The position numbers were made by a program, and so were the translations under genes. From assembly GCF_009914755.1 (NCBI RefSeq), contig NC_060933.1: a DNA stretch of 64,000 nt; one strand, given 5' to 3'. This document shows, piece after piece, positions 18,129-30,760 of the stretch. The first letter of the stretch is position 1; the number at the start of each line of letters is the position of its first letter. A model generated the notes under the pieces. That model saw only the letters and a program-made list of their open reading frames with translations. It was not told the DNA's origin and ran no database searches. Origin of the DNA: the human T2T-CHM13v2.0 reference genome, Homo sapiens.

Positions 18129-19674
18129 CACCCTTACTCAAGACCTTAGGATCCTGACCCCAAGACTCAGAGCTGGGAGTGGATCAGTCTCCTGAGAGCC
18201 CAACCACTATAGCGTCTCTCAGCCCAAGACTTCATTGTTGCCATGTTTACATTTTGAAATGGATGAGGAGAGAACCAGTGATATCAGTCATCTTTAATCA
18301 TCTTCACAAAATGTTCATGCCCTGACTAGTTCATTATCCACTCTCAGAATTGTTGTTTGTTTTTGCCAAATGCCTGCATGTGGGGGACTTGTATGCATAT
18401 AAAATGAAAACAAAAGCCTAAATTTTTGTTTAGCTCAAGTTATAAAGGAATTCCAGTAAGTGGCATGAGGGGGAAATGTGGAAATGTTTAGAACTTGTGG
18501 TACATCTAATATCCTCTGAAATGTCTTAAAAATAATGATGTAGGTCTGAGAGTGCTGTAGGAGGTCCATGATATATTGATGAGAGAAACAAAGAAAGCTC
18601 CAGAACAAATGATCCTATTTTTATAAAAACAAAATTTTATATATGCATGTTCATATGTGCATAGAAATTGTCTAAATGGGTACATGTCACAATAATAGCA
18701 ATTACTCCTAGAGAGAAATCAGGTAGGGAGTGGTGAGAAACACTCTCAGTTTTTATTCAACATATGTCTTACTGCTAATTTTTTAAAAATATAAGTATGT
18801 ACCACTAAAAAAAGCAAATAAGACGCTGCATCTCTAAGAAAGAACTAAGGGCAGGGAGACAGTCCCTCCCTGCCTTGACCATATCGAAATTTCTGTGGGC
18901 TTCCTTCTCAAAGCCAAATTTGGAGCACATGTAGTCAACCCCATGTCCAGACTGATCTCCCAGGCCCTGGCTGCTCTCCTGGGATCAGCTGAGCTGCCAA
19001 GCCACAGTCCCTAATACTGACACCAGGAGCACTGTCTCATGGGCCTCACTCCCCAGAGAAGTCAGTGAGGTTGGACAATGACACATTTGGGACTCCATGC
19101 TAGTGAGAACCATGGAATCCATGCAGAAGCATGTGATAAAACATCAGCTCCCAGCACCTTCCCTAGACAGGTCCTCCTGCCCCTGAAGAGCAGAAGCACC
19201 ACCAGGAGTCTGGTGGCTCTACCCCTACAGCCCCTCCCTGATGCTTTTCTTTCTTCTATTCTTGGAAATTTCCTCTGTCTTCGCTGAGTGGTCAGCTCCA
19301 CGCTGCTGTCAAAACAAGACATGATGACAGATGCTGCCTGAGGCGGATTGGGAGAGCCAGGGCCAGTACAGCTGAAAGGTAAATATCTGCTCTTAGGAGC
19401 CTGCACACCAGAGCACAGAAGTTTCTGGACACCTCCGACAATTCCTGTATAGGCTTTCAGTAATTTCTGGAGGGAGGACCATCTTTCTCAAAACTGATCC
19501 TTTGTACAATACTATTGAGTATTGTGAAGTTTGTCTTTGACTTCCTAATCGTCTTGTGTTTTTCCTCCCCTCGTCATGCCTCCTCCTCACACCATCCTCA
19601 GACATTCTGTGTCTTTATGGACTCTCCCATTTCCCCTTATCAAAACCTATCCACAAAAGAGTATGAACGATTTA

Positions 19675-19747
19675 TAGGTTGGTGCAAAAGTAATTGCAGT
19701 TTTTGCCATTATTTTCAATGGAAATAATTGAAAATTATTCACTAATA
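19675..19747. mobile_element. MADE1 (Hsmar1-derived MITE), right arm degenerate
   Basis: TAGGTTGGTGCAAAAGTAATTGCAGTTTTTGCCATTA terminal inverted repeat. Confidence 0.85.
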
Positions 19748-20854
19748 CATAGTGAAGAGTAAAATTTTCCCTGAATCAGAGAAAATAGCTAATAGATTCC
19801 AGAGATTTTCAATCTGTCAGGGAGGTATTAAGAATAATCAGAGTTAGGTGGCCCAGAAATCATCCGCTGGAATGGTTTTTCACTGTGTGTCTTCTCTTAA
19901 CAACTGACCCAGATTTTCTTCCCATTTCTGGGGATTAAGAATCAGAGAAACTCAGAGACTTTATTAAGTCATGTTATCCCAGTGTCTCCTCTATTTACAA
20001 AGGGCAGTTTACGGATCCGATTGCTGGCAGTTATAGAAAGCTATTCTGGGATAGCAAAGGATAGGAAACCCAGGTTCCCACAGAAATTTAAAATAAACAA
20101 CTTCTCACTGTTTCATGGGACATTTAAAGGGCCTTCATGTCTGTAGTCTCTTCTGATATTTTATATCAAGCTTCTACATCGAAAGCAGTTATTATTCTTC
20201 CCATTCCCCAGAGGAAGAAACTGAGGCTTCCAAGAAAGGAAGTGGTTTTCCCAATGTTTCAGAACATTTTCATGGCAGACCCGGGACCAAAGCCCAGATA
20301 GAAAATGGAAATTTCCTGGGTCAAGCTCCATTCCTGCACACCACATTACTGTTTTATTTTAAAATCCACATCCTTTTATAAAGTAATGTTCTCCTCTAGG
20401 AGTTCCCTATTCTTAGTCTCCTGCCTCCTTGTCCACACCACGCTCCTCCCCTCTGCCATAAGGGGCTCATACGCTGCACTATAGGTCAGGCAAGATGATT
20501 TCTGCCAGCCATGAGGAAGACAAGGAGGACTCTTAAGTTTCTAGGCAGCTCCCCACCATCCACTTCTGGGACTCTCTCTAGCCTCTTGGGTAGCTGTGTC
20601 ACAAGAGCTACATAGATATTGCCCAGGTAGCATCTGGGCACAGGCTACCGACTGTCAAGTAGAGCTCAGTCCACTCATAGGCCTTTCCCAAGATCTGGAA
20701 AGAAGGATTAATCTTACGTTTCCCAAACCATAAACTCAGGGCCACCTGATGCCCAGCCCTGCAGGCTAGAGATGTGAATCTTCATTTGAAGAATCCAATT
20801 ACAATGCCACATTGATAAGAGAAGACCAGCACAGGGAAGGAATGGAACGTGGGT

Positions 20855-22300
20855 GTTAAATCGGTGAGGTCAGAGAGGAAGAGCATTGCTTCCGAGTTAG
20901 ACAGATTGAAGATCAAGCTGGATCCAACTCTACTCTATTTGACCTTGAGAAAGTTAATTAGTCTCCCTGGTCCTCGGTTTTCATGATCTCAGTATGGGAA
21001 TAATAATATCTATGCTTAGTTTTATAATGAGAATTAAACAAAAAAATGATAGGTACTTATCATTGTCCAATGCACAGGATAGCACAGTAGAAAAGAAGGA
21101 AACAAAGAGGAAAATAGAAACTAGAATAGCGAGAGAAAACTTAAGAAGTAGCATAGCCCCATGGTTGAGAGCATAGGCTTTTGAGGTCAGGCAGAGCTGA
21201 ATCCAAATTTCATTACTACCACTTATTAAATCTGTGACCTTATGCATGTCACAGGACCCTTTCAAGCCCCAATTTCCTCATTTATAAAGTGGAGCTGATA
21301 CCTATGTCATGGAATTGCTGTGATCACATGAAAAACATATATACAGCTCTTAGAATAATTCCTGGTATATAGTAAGTGCTCAGTAAATGTGCACTTTTAT
21401 TTCACATTCATCATCATGCCACATTGAAATCAATTCAGGATATTCAATATCATATTAGGAATTGCCACACTTTTATAGTTGAAAAACCTACTGTTTGTTC
21501 TCTTGAGCTGTACCATGGTGGCATCCTTTAATTTGAGGCATGAAAGCAGACAGACCAGGAATGATAAATTCTATTCTGTGAAGAAGAAGCTAAATAAGTG
21601 AAATGGGCCATCAGGCACGTATGAGCACTAGAGGTATCCAGACGTAAGTGTGAAGTCGTTACCACTTACTACTAAGTTATACTGAGTGAATCACTTCACT
21701 TCCCTAAGCCTTGGTATTCTCATATATAAAATAAGGATAATAAGTGATTGTGACTAGGACACACAGCTAGACACATACTGAGATTGCTACAAGGACTATC
21801 TGAGATATGTGTAAAGTGCCTTACATAGGAACAGTTCTTAACTGCTGGCACTTTTTCCTCCCAACAACCAAATTGCACAGTCTGAGAATTCTTATAGCCA
21901 TAAACACATTTTATTTGTGGACTGCCAACTCTGATCTCCACCTCAAAAAGATTATTTGGTTATTATTTACGACCAGATGAAATCATTGTGACTAGCCTGT
22001 GATGAAAAACCAGACTCATAGAATATTGCTTAGTTTCTGGAAATGACATTTTAAGGACAGAGGAAAAGTGAACAGTGTCACAGTAGAGACCTGGATGGCA
22101 GAAAAACCTGGAGACGCTATGTTTAACAAGACTGAAAAAAAATGAAAGAAAAAATCACCAACATTTACTGAATACTTTACAGAAACCAGGTACTTTCATC
22201 TAATCCTTGTAACAACTTTAAGTGTAATAAACTATAAAAATCCCCATTTGACAGATGAGAAAATGAAGGCTGGGCTTTTAACCACTGCACAGTGCTGCAC
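20855..22300. mobile_element. Cluster of MIR remnants (~20855-21060, 21145-21400, 21650-21830, 22155-22300)
   Basis: Repeated MIR core motifs (TGTGACCTT, CAGTTTCCTCATT/CTGTAAA, GTAAGTGCTCAGTAAATG, ACAGATGAGAAAATGAAGGC). Confidence 0.65.
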
Positions 22301-22420
22301 GTTTAGATTTCTCAAGGGCTGTCATGGTGAAGAATAACAGGCTTGTTGTGTGAGATCCCAGAGGACCAACCTCATTCTGCGAGACAGAAATGAGAGGCAA
22401 TTATACTTTAGCTTCTCCTG

Positions 22421-22421
<1 letters not shown>

Positions 22422-22448
<27 letters not shown>
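22422..22448. repeat. A27 homopolymer
   Basis: 27 consecutive A. Confidence 0.95.
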
Positions 22449-22452
<4 letters not shown>

Positions 22453-23871
22453 ACAACTAGAGCTTCCTGCCACTAAAAGCATTCAAAAGGAGAAAGGATG
22501 ATTATTTCCCCAGGATCCTATAAAAAGAGACTGAACATTGATTGAGAAGTTGGGTCAAGTTCTCAATCAATGAGTTTATAGTTTTCAATGATTTATAGTT
22601 TTTGCTTATATATGCTTTTTTATTAAGACCCATGCGCTTTTAAAAAGAGGCATATAAAATTATCCATTTGATGTTTAAATAGCTATAAGTATATAATACA
22701 TGGAGTATTGTACTTTTAAAACAAAACTTTACATTATTTCTTAAAATGTACCCAATGACATCTAAACACAGAGTGATTTGATAATCACATCATTCATTTT
22801 TAAAATGCAAGAACAAAGTCATCCTGAAAATGTGTATGTTTTACATTATTCCTTCTCCATTTAAACATGTATTTCCATTCTTCTCCTATACAAATTTTAT
22901 CCTGTTGTAATAAATGTTTATGCTGGAAAGTCTCTTATAATCACCTATATTACTTTTCACAATAAAAAATAAAAGTTTTTTTATTTCTTATGACCACAAA
23001 ATTTTGTGTTAAAATAATTATGAAAAATCATCTACATTGAGTTATTATCACAATTATTACTAATTGGCACCAATTTGGTCAGTTTAAACAACTGACCAAA
23101 ACTATGTAATTGTTAGCTTCAATTATATTAAGTTGCCAACATTCACCTATTTTGATCTACAAAAATAGTAATTTCATATGGTAATATATCACAAATTTTG
23201 AAAATAATTGTTATTCCTAAAAAGATTTTAATTAAAGGCATCTAGTAGGACTTTTTTAGTTCATATATCTAGAAATGAGTATTACTTATTACTAAAGTAA
23301 GTCAAAATCAACATCAATTATATTACCATTTAGTTTTCATTTGTTACATGGGAAACAAGATTATGCACTAGGTGACATCTTAAAGATAAGAAGAGTTTAG
23401 AAAAGAGAACTGTGGAAATTGAGGATCTAGACAATTATTTTCCTAAAACCATTATTCTATGTACTGAGAAGTCTCTGGAGATCAGCAAGAGTATGTGTCC
23501 CCCAAAGTGAAAATTACTGAACCAAATGACCTCTGACCTCCCTTTCAGCAGGCAGATTCCTTGGTTATATAGCTCATCAATAGGTCTTATTACCATGAAT
23601 AAGATGGCTTGGTTTTAATCTGGGGAGTCATGTCATATAGTGGCTAATAGTATAATCTTTGGCACCAGATAAATGTGACTTAAATTGATATTTTGCTCTT
23701 TATGAACTTAAACTTTCCGTGCCTGTTTTCAAATTTGTAAAAGTGAAATAATAATAATAATAATAGTAGTAGTAGTAATAATAGCCTCATAGAGTTATTG
23801 ATTTAAATGTGATAACACAGAAAAGTCCCTGGTTTAAGGTAAATGTTCTGTAAATGTTAGCTATGGGGCTA

Positions 23872-23918
23872 TTAGGTTGGTGCAAAAGTAATTGCGGTTT
23901 TTAGCAGTACTTTTAATA
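23872..23918. mobile_element. Half MADE1 element
   Basis: TTAGGTTGGTGCAAAAGTAATTGCGGTTTTT; second arm absent. Confidence 0.85.
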
Positions 23919-24044
23919 ATGATGATGTTAATGAAAAATCCATATTATCTTGGAAAAGTCATAAGCACTTAATCCCTTTATCAGCACAGTGTGTAGTTTA
24001 CACTGGGGCACAACAGTGACTATATGTCCAAGTCTATAGAACTA

Positions 24045-24069
24045 ATTCTTTTTGTTCTTATGGCAACAG
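24045..24069 (+). promoter_or_regulatory. Probable splice acceptor of the OR1Q1 coding exon
   Basis: Pyrimidine tract TTCTTTTTGTTCTT followed by ..CAACAG|ATG. OR genes typically have non-coding upstream exons. Confidence 0.55.
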
Positions 24070-25014
24070 ATGGACAACAGCAACTGGACCAGTGTGTCCC
24101 ATTTTGTTCTCTTGGGCATTTCCACCCACCCAGAAGAGCGAATCCCACTCTTCCTTGTTTTCTCACTCATGTACGCAATCAATATTTCTGGCAACTTGGC
24201 CATCATCACACTGATTCTCTCTGCTCCACGCCTCCACATCCCCATGTACATCTTCCTCAGTAACTTGGCCTTGACAGACATCTGCTTCACCTCCACCACG
24301 GTCCCCAAGATGCTGCAGATTATTTTCTCCCCTACAAAGGTAATTTCCTACACAGGCTGTTTAGCCCAAACTTATTTCTTCATTTGCTTCGCCGTCATGG
24401 AAAACTTCATCCTGGCTGTGATGGCCTATGACAGGTACATTGCCATCTGCCACCCTTTCCACTACACTATGATCCTGACTAGAATGCTGTGTGTGAAGAT
24501 GGTGGTCATGTGCCATGCTCTCTCCCACCTTCATGCCATGCTGCATACCTTTCTCATGGGCCAACTAATCTTCTGTGCAGATAACAGAATCCCCCACTTC
24601 TTCTGTGACCTCTACGCTCTGATGAAGATCTCCTGCACCAGCACCTACCTCAACACCCTTATGATTCACACAGAAGGTGCTGTTGTAATCAGTGGAGCTC
24701 TGGCCTTCATTACTGCCTCCTATGCCTGCATCATCCTGGTGGTCCTCCGGATCCCCTCAGCCAAGGGCAGGTGGAAAACCTTTTCTACCTGCGGCTCCCA
24801 CCTCACTGTGGTGGCCATATTCTATGGCACCCTCAGTTGGGTCTACTTCCGGCCCCTTTCCAGCTATTCAGTGACCAAGGGTCGCATTATAACAGTCGTG
24901 TACACAGTGGTGACTCCCATGCTGAACCCCTTCATCTACAGCCTGAGGAATGGGGATGTCAAGGGAGGCTTCATGAAATGGATGAGCAGAATGCAGACTT
25001 TTTTCTTTAGATAA
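24070..25014 (+). CDS. OR1Q1: Olfactory receptor 1Q1, intact, 314 aa
   Basis: MDNSNWTSVSHFVLLG...PMYIFLSNLA...MAYDRYIAICHP...KTFSTCGSHL...PMLNPFIYSLRN...MQTFFFR. ATG at 24070. Confidence 0.97.
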   Translation: MDNSNWTSVSHFVLLGISTHPEERIPLFLVFSLMYAINISGNLAIITLILSAPRLHIPMYIFLSNLALTDICFTSTTVPKMLQIIFSPTKVISYTGCLAQTYFFICFAVMENFILAVMAYDRYIAICHPFHYTMILTRMLCVKMVVMCHALSHLHAMLHTFLMGQLIFCADNRIPHFFCDLYALMKISCTSTYLNTLMIHTEGAVVISGALAFITASYACIILVVLRIPSAKGRWKTFSTCGSHLTVVAIFYGTLSWVYFRPLSSYSVTKGRIITVVYTVVTPMLNPFIYSLRNGDVKGGFMKWMSRMQTFFFR

Positions 25015-25279
25015 AACCCCAAACACAGTTCAGAGGTTTACCTATGGTTCTGGAGAAATAATGTTGGGCCTCACAGATCTGCTTTCTTTAGAACTTTCCA
25101 GAAATATCTAAATTAGCTATATATCATGTGTTTTCTCACTGGATATTGCCCAGAGAAATCTATTAAATCCAAAGTACATAAAACAAAAAGGAACCACCAT
25201 GTACTTAGTGTAAAACACTAGCGTTTCTTTAACTATAATTAACAGGGTTCTCTGCAATTAAACACTAGGGTTGTAACTC

Positions 25280-25790
25280 TCAGAGTTCTTAGATGTAGGC
25301 AATAGAAACTGATTCTGGCTTATGCATGGAGGAAATGAGTTTCTTGAAAAGATATGTGGAGCTCATGCATTTCCAAGGCTAGGGAACTAGACTCAAGAAA
25401 AATGGACAAGAATAATAAAGGTCATATCATCAGAACTGCAGTGAAAATCATATCCCAGAACTAGTCTAATGAGGACACTACTGTAGCCACCAAACTCTAT
25501 TCACTGCAGCTTGTACCTCCTCCTATACTACCAGCAGTAGTCACTGGGCATAGTTCTTGGAGGTCTATAAACTGGTTATTACCACTTCCAGAAAGAACTG
25601 TCCCCTTCTTATTCTTTTCACTACTATGTCTAGATTCAAAATAAGGTGGTGCATCTGACTGGTCAAGAATTTGGTCACCAACACATCCCCTAGCTGCCAG
25701 GAAAACTAGGAGAGCAATATTGGTGCTTTTATTTTCTATAAGTTTATAGAAGTCAGGTGAAATGGGGTAACTACTCCAATATAAGAAGAG
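25280..25790 (-). mobile_element. Ancient MaLR LTR (MLT1J/N-like)
   Basis: ..GGCAATAGAAACTGATTCTGGCT.. and ..GCATCTGACTGGTCAAG..GGTCAC..CCCCTAGCTGCCAGG.. motifs. Confidence 0.5.
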
Positions 25791-26071
25791 GAACATAATG
25801 ATAATGTCTACTATTTGGAGTCAGAAGTTATATATGCTCCAGAATGAAGCACTGTCATGCTTACCAATTTGCATTTTTCTTAACCTGCTTTACCTGCACT
25901 ACTCAGGGATAAGTCAAACTCATTTTGCCTCAGCATGTTCCTGATCTCTTCTGTAGTTGATATGTGGAACTGGTCTAATAGTGGGTGAAAATTGATTTGT
26001 CTTCTGACCAATCAATACTGGGCATGAAGAACAGGTTCAAGCATCAAGAGTCTGTTAAAATGTTGATTCTT

Positions 26072-26370
26072 CAATATTATTAAAAGACCATACTGCCCAA
26101 AGAAATTTATAGATTCAATGCTATTCCTATGAAACTACCAATGACATTTGTCACATAATTAGAAAAAACTATTCTAAAATCCACATGGAACCAAAAAAGA
26201 GCCCAAATAGCCAAAGCAATCCTAAGCAACAGGGACAAAGCCAGAAGCATCACACTATCCAAATTCAAACTATATTACAAGGCTACAGCAACCAAAACAG
26301 CATGGTACTGGTACCAAAACAGACACATAGAGCAATGGAACAGAATAGAGAACCCAGAAGTAAACAACTA
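26072..26370 (+). mobile_element. L1 ORF2 fragment (L1PB/MA-like)
   Basis: ..TACTGCCCAAAG..AGATTCAATGCTATTCC..GCATGGTACTGGTAC.. Confidence 0.85.
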
Positions 26371-27873
26371 CATGTTAGCTGGTTATGTTGAACATTAATT
26401 GATGCAGTTTCTTCATGCATCGATGGTCTTTACAATTTGGCATGTTTTTTCAGTGGCTGGTACCGGTTGTTACCTTCCATGTTTAGTGCTTCCTTGAGGA
26501 GCTCTTGTAAGGCAGGGCTGGTGGTAATAAAATCTCTCAGCATTTGCTTGTCTGTAAAGGATTTTATTTCCCCTTCATTTATGAAGCTTAGTTTGGCTAG
26601 ATAGGGAATTCTATGTTGAAAATTCTTTTAAGAATGTTGAATATTGGCCCCCACTCTCTTCTGGCTTGTAGGGTTTCTGCAGAGAGATCCACTGTTAGTC
26701 TGATGGGCTTCCCTTTGTGGGTAACTTGCCTTTTTCTCTGGCTGCCCTTAACATTTTTTCCTTCATTTCAACCTTGGTGAATCTGACAATTATGTGTCTT
26801 GGGATTGCTCTTCTCAAGGAGTATCTTTGTGGTATCCTCTGTATTTCCTGAATTTGAAGGTTGGCCTGCCTTGCTAGGTTGGGGAAGTTCTCCTGGATAA
26901 TATCCTGAAGAGTGTTTTCCAACTTGGTTCCATTCTCCCCATCACTTTTAGGTACACCAATCCAACGTAGATTTGGTCTTTTCACATAGTCCCACATTTC
27001 TTGGAGGCTTTGTTCATTTCTTTTTACTCTTTTTTCTCTAATCTTGTCTTCTCATTTTATTTCATTAATTTGATCTTCAATCACTTATGTCCTTTCTTCC
27101 ACTTGATCGAATCAGCTATTGAAGCTTGTGCATGCATCACAAAGTTCTCGTGCCATGGTTTTCAGCTCCATCAGGTCATTTAAGGTCTTCTGTACACTGT
27201 TTATTCTAGTTAACTGTTCGTCTAACCTTTTTTCAAGGTTTTTAGCATCCTTGTGATGGGTTAGAACATGCGCCTTTGGCTCGGAGAAGTTTGTTATTAC
27301 CGACCTTCTGAAGCTTACTTCTGTCAACTTGTCAAACTCATTCTCCATCCAGTTTTGTTCTCTTGCTGGCGAGGAGCTGTGATCCTTTGGAGGAGAAGAG
27401 GTGCTCTGGTTTTTGGAATTTTCAGCTTTTCTGCTCTGCTTTTTCCCCAACTTTGTGGTTTTATCTACCTTTGGTCTTTGATGTTGGTGACCTACAGATG
27501 GGGTTTTGGTGTGGATGTCCTTTTCATTGATGTTGATGCTATTATTTTCTGTTTGTTAGTTTTCCTTCTACCACTCACACCCCTCAGCTTCAGGTCTGTT
27601 GGAGTTTGCTGGAGGTGCACTCCAGACCCTGTTTTCCTGGGTCTCACCACTGGAGGCTGCAGAACAGCAAATATTGCAGAACAGCAAATATTGCTGCCTG
27701 ATCCTTCCTCTGGAAGCTTCGTCCCAGAGGGGCACCCGCCTGTATGAGTTGTCTGTCGGCCCATACTGGGAGCTGTCTCCCAGTCAGGCTACACGGAGGT
27801 CCGGGACCCTCTTGAGGAGGCAGTCTGTCTGTTCTCAGAGCTTGAACACCATGCTGGGAGAACCACTGCTCTT
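26371..27873 (-). mobile_element. Internal L1PA7/8-like fragment (3' part of 5'UTR, ORF1 and spacer)
   Basis: ORF1p pieces MGKKQSRKAENSKNQ.. and WDYVKRPNLR..; no L1 5' terminus, ORF2 or poly(A). Confidence 0.9.
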
Positions 27874-28098
27874 TATTGTATATATTCAAAAGCTGGAAGA
27901 AAGGATTTTGAATATCTCCAACACCAAGAAATGATGAATGTTTGTCATGATGAATATGTTATTTATCCTGATTTAATCATTATATATTGTGTACATATAT
28001 CAACATGTCACACTATACTCCATATATATGAACAACTATTATGTGTCAATCAAAATAATAATTTTTAAAATAAAATAAACATAAACACAGAAAAAAAG
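27874..28098 (+). mobile_element. L1MA-type 3' end
   Basis: ..GAAAGGATTTTGAAT..CAACACCAAGAAATGAT..ATTATGTGTCAATCAAAATAA plus A-rich tail. Confidence 0.75.
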
Positions 28099-28894
28099 AT
28101 TAAAGATACCTGGATCCCTGATGCCATGGAGTGCCTCTGTGGCTCTGGACTGACCAACTGCAAACTTTTTGAACATTAAATGTAAATAAACTTCTATATT
28201 ATTTCCAAAAACAACAACAAAAGGAAACCAAAAAAGAATGTCTCACCAAAGAGAAAGTATATATAAAGAGATAGAAATTATAAAAAGGAACCAAATGGAA
28301 ATCTTCAAAAATGCACCCACACAAAATAAAACAAACTCTTGCAATTAATAAATGAATAGAGCTAATAAACCAGCAAAGTTTCAGCATAGAACATGAACAT
28401 CAATAATCAACTGTATTTCCATATACTAGCAATGAATAACCTTCAAAAGAAATAAAATTTAATTTATAATAGTATCAAAAAGAATGAAACAGGAAAAAAT
28501 TTAGCCATGGATATGCAATACTTGTATACTGAAAACTACAAAACATTGCTGAAAGAAATTTAAGAGACCTAAATAAATAGAAAGACATCCATATAATGGA
28601 CTGGAAGACTTAATATTCTTAAAAAGGCAATAATCCATAAATTGATCTATAGATTCAATGCAATTCCTATAAAATCTTTATTATTTTGTAGAAATGGAAA
28701 AGCCAATCCTGAAATTCAGATGAAATTGCCAGAAACAATGAGTAGCCAAAACTATCTGGAAAAAAAATGAACAAATTTGTAGAACCTACACTTTCCTATT
28801 TCCAGAATTATTACAAAGTTATGAAATAAAAGAGGATACAAACAAATGGAAGAACATTCCATGCGCGCGCGTAGTAAGAATCAATATCGTGAAA

Positions 28895-30251
28895 CACAGG
28901 TAGGACGTTTATCAGTAATTTGATTCACCCAATAAGCTGCTTTGCTTTATTTGTGCTTCCAAATCCTCCTGTTTAATTTCACTTTTCCCCATTTCCACAT
29001 ATGGCACAATCAGGAGCTGTCCTATATGCTCTCCTGGCTCTGCTTTCCAGGGAAGAGAAGTAGATAAAACAATTTGAATTTCCGCATTGTAATCTGAATC
29101 AATGACTCCCGTTTGTACTTGTACCCCTTTTAAATTTAAACTTGACCTTCCTAGAAGTAATCCTATCATCCTAGCTGGCAAGGGTCCACAGACCCCTGTT
29201 GGAACTTTTTGCGGGAGTTCCCCAGGCATAAGGCTCACAGCTTTTGTGCAACATGAATCTACTGTGGCACTACTGGCTGTGGCAGGGGACAGACATTATA
29301 CAGGGATGAGGGAATGGCCTGAGCCAGAAATGCCCTGGTTTGGAACGGGGCCTGGGATGGGCCCCTCATGGCATTTCCTGAAATCGGGTTCCCATCTTTA
29401 TCAAATTTAGAGTGACACTGATTAGCCCAGTGTTTTCCTCAGGCTCAGTAGTTTTCCTTTTTCGCCTATCTGGCAGCCTGACTCGCTGATTTTTTCTACA
29501 TTCTTTTTTACTATGACCATGCTTCCCACAGTTAAAACAAACTCCAGGAAACGGAGTATTTCCTTTATCCACTCTCAGTCCCGCCATTGCTTGGGCTAGC
29601 AGAGTAGCCTTATGCACATTACCTCCGATACCATCACAGGCCTTGATATGATCAACTAAATGTGCTTTCCTGAATTTAAAAGGAAAAGGCTCAAATGTAG
29701 CTATAATATTTCCCAGTTGATCTTGGGGGGTGTATTCTAACAGGGAACTGCCAAGCCTCTAAATCACCCTCTCTTCTAGCTTGCTGAACTCCTGCCTGAA
29801 TAGAACTGAGAGCGGTCACTCAAGACGCTGCTCGAACAGTCACTGGGGCAACTACTTTTCTCCCAGTGTCCTCCAGAAAAGAAAGATCTAGAGGGTCAGG
29901 CCACTCTTTTTTTCTTCAAAATAAGGAGGGTATGCAGAAGGGTAGGGATGAACCTCTTCCTCCTTTGCCGCTTTAGCTTTAGCTGGCAAACAAACCTGCT
30001 CTGTCACCTCTTCTGTTACTTCATTATACTCTCCTTTTTCCTTATCATTAGTGTGAAAAGGTTCCAAGGTGGAACGAACCAGAGCCCACACTTGTCCCAC
30101 TGTTACCCTGATGCTTCCAAGCTCCCCTTCTTACTCATGACAGGGATTGCTTTAAGAGTACTCGGGTGTCCTCCAGCTTAGTTCCACATTCTCCAACTGT
30201 TGCTCCAGCGACACTTCGACCTCAGTTTGAGCCTCCATGTTGGGCACTGCT
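28895..30251 (-). mobile_element. HERVK9 (HML-3) internal fragment: PBS, deleted gag, dUTPase/pro
   Basis: Gag start MGQVWALVRSTLE, zinc knuckle CFNCGKHGHSKKEC, dUTPase GLLLGRSS..GVIDSDY..GQLL, and a degenerate tRNA-Lys PBS at ~30232-30249. Confidence 0.9.
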
Positions 30252-30760
30252 TGCCAAGACCAGCTCGGTCGTGGAGACCCTAACCCAGTGGCAGTAGAGG
30301 AATTAAAGACACACACACAGAAATATCTTGTGTGGAGTGGGAAATCAGGGGACTCACAGCCTTCAGAGCTGAGAGCCTCAAACAGAGATTTACCTACATA
30401 TTTATTAACAGCAAGCCAGTGATAAACATTGTTTCTATAGATTATAGATTAACTAAAAGTATTTGTAACTGGAAACAAAGGGATGGGCCAAAACAAAAGG
30501 ATGGGTCTGGCTAGTTATCTGCAGCAGGAACATGTCCTTAAGGCACAGATCGCTTATGCTATTTTTGTGGTTTAAGAAAGCCTTTAAGCGGTTTTCCACC
30601 CTGGGTGGGCCAGGTGTTCCTTGCCCTCATTCTGGTAAACCCACAACCTTCCAGCGTGGGCGTCATGGCCATCATGAACATGTCACAGTGCTGCAGAGAT
30701 TTTGTTTATGGCCAGTTTCGAGGCCAGTTTATGTCCAGATTTGGGGGCCTGTTCCCAACA
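30252..30760 (-). mobile_element. MER9 5' LTR (HERVK9)
   Basis: Minus strand starts TGTTGGGAACAGGCCCCCAAATCTGG.., contains AATAAA, and ends ..GGCA adjacent to the PBS; 509 bp. Confidence 0.9.

Noticed and set aside
22560-23520. Possible hAT/Charlie DNA transposon remnant
   Set aside because: AT-rich with only vague terminal similarity; cannot be supported without a Dfam search.
19675-23918. miR-548-type hairpins from the two MADE1 copies
   Set aside because: Both lack an intact second arm, so no complete hairpin can form.
24052-24069. N-terminal extension of OR1Q1 (MFLWQQ)
   Set aside because: The TTG start lies in the polypyrimidine tract/acceptor; the real ATG is at 24070.
30232-30249. 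tRNA gene
   Set aside because: Only a degenerate retroviral primer-binding site complementary to the tRNA-Lys 3' end.
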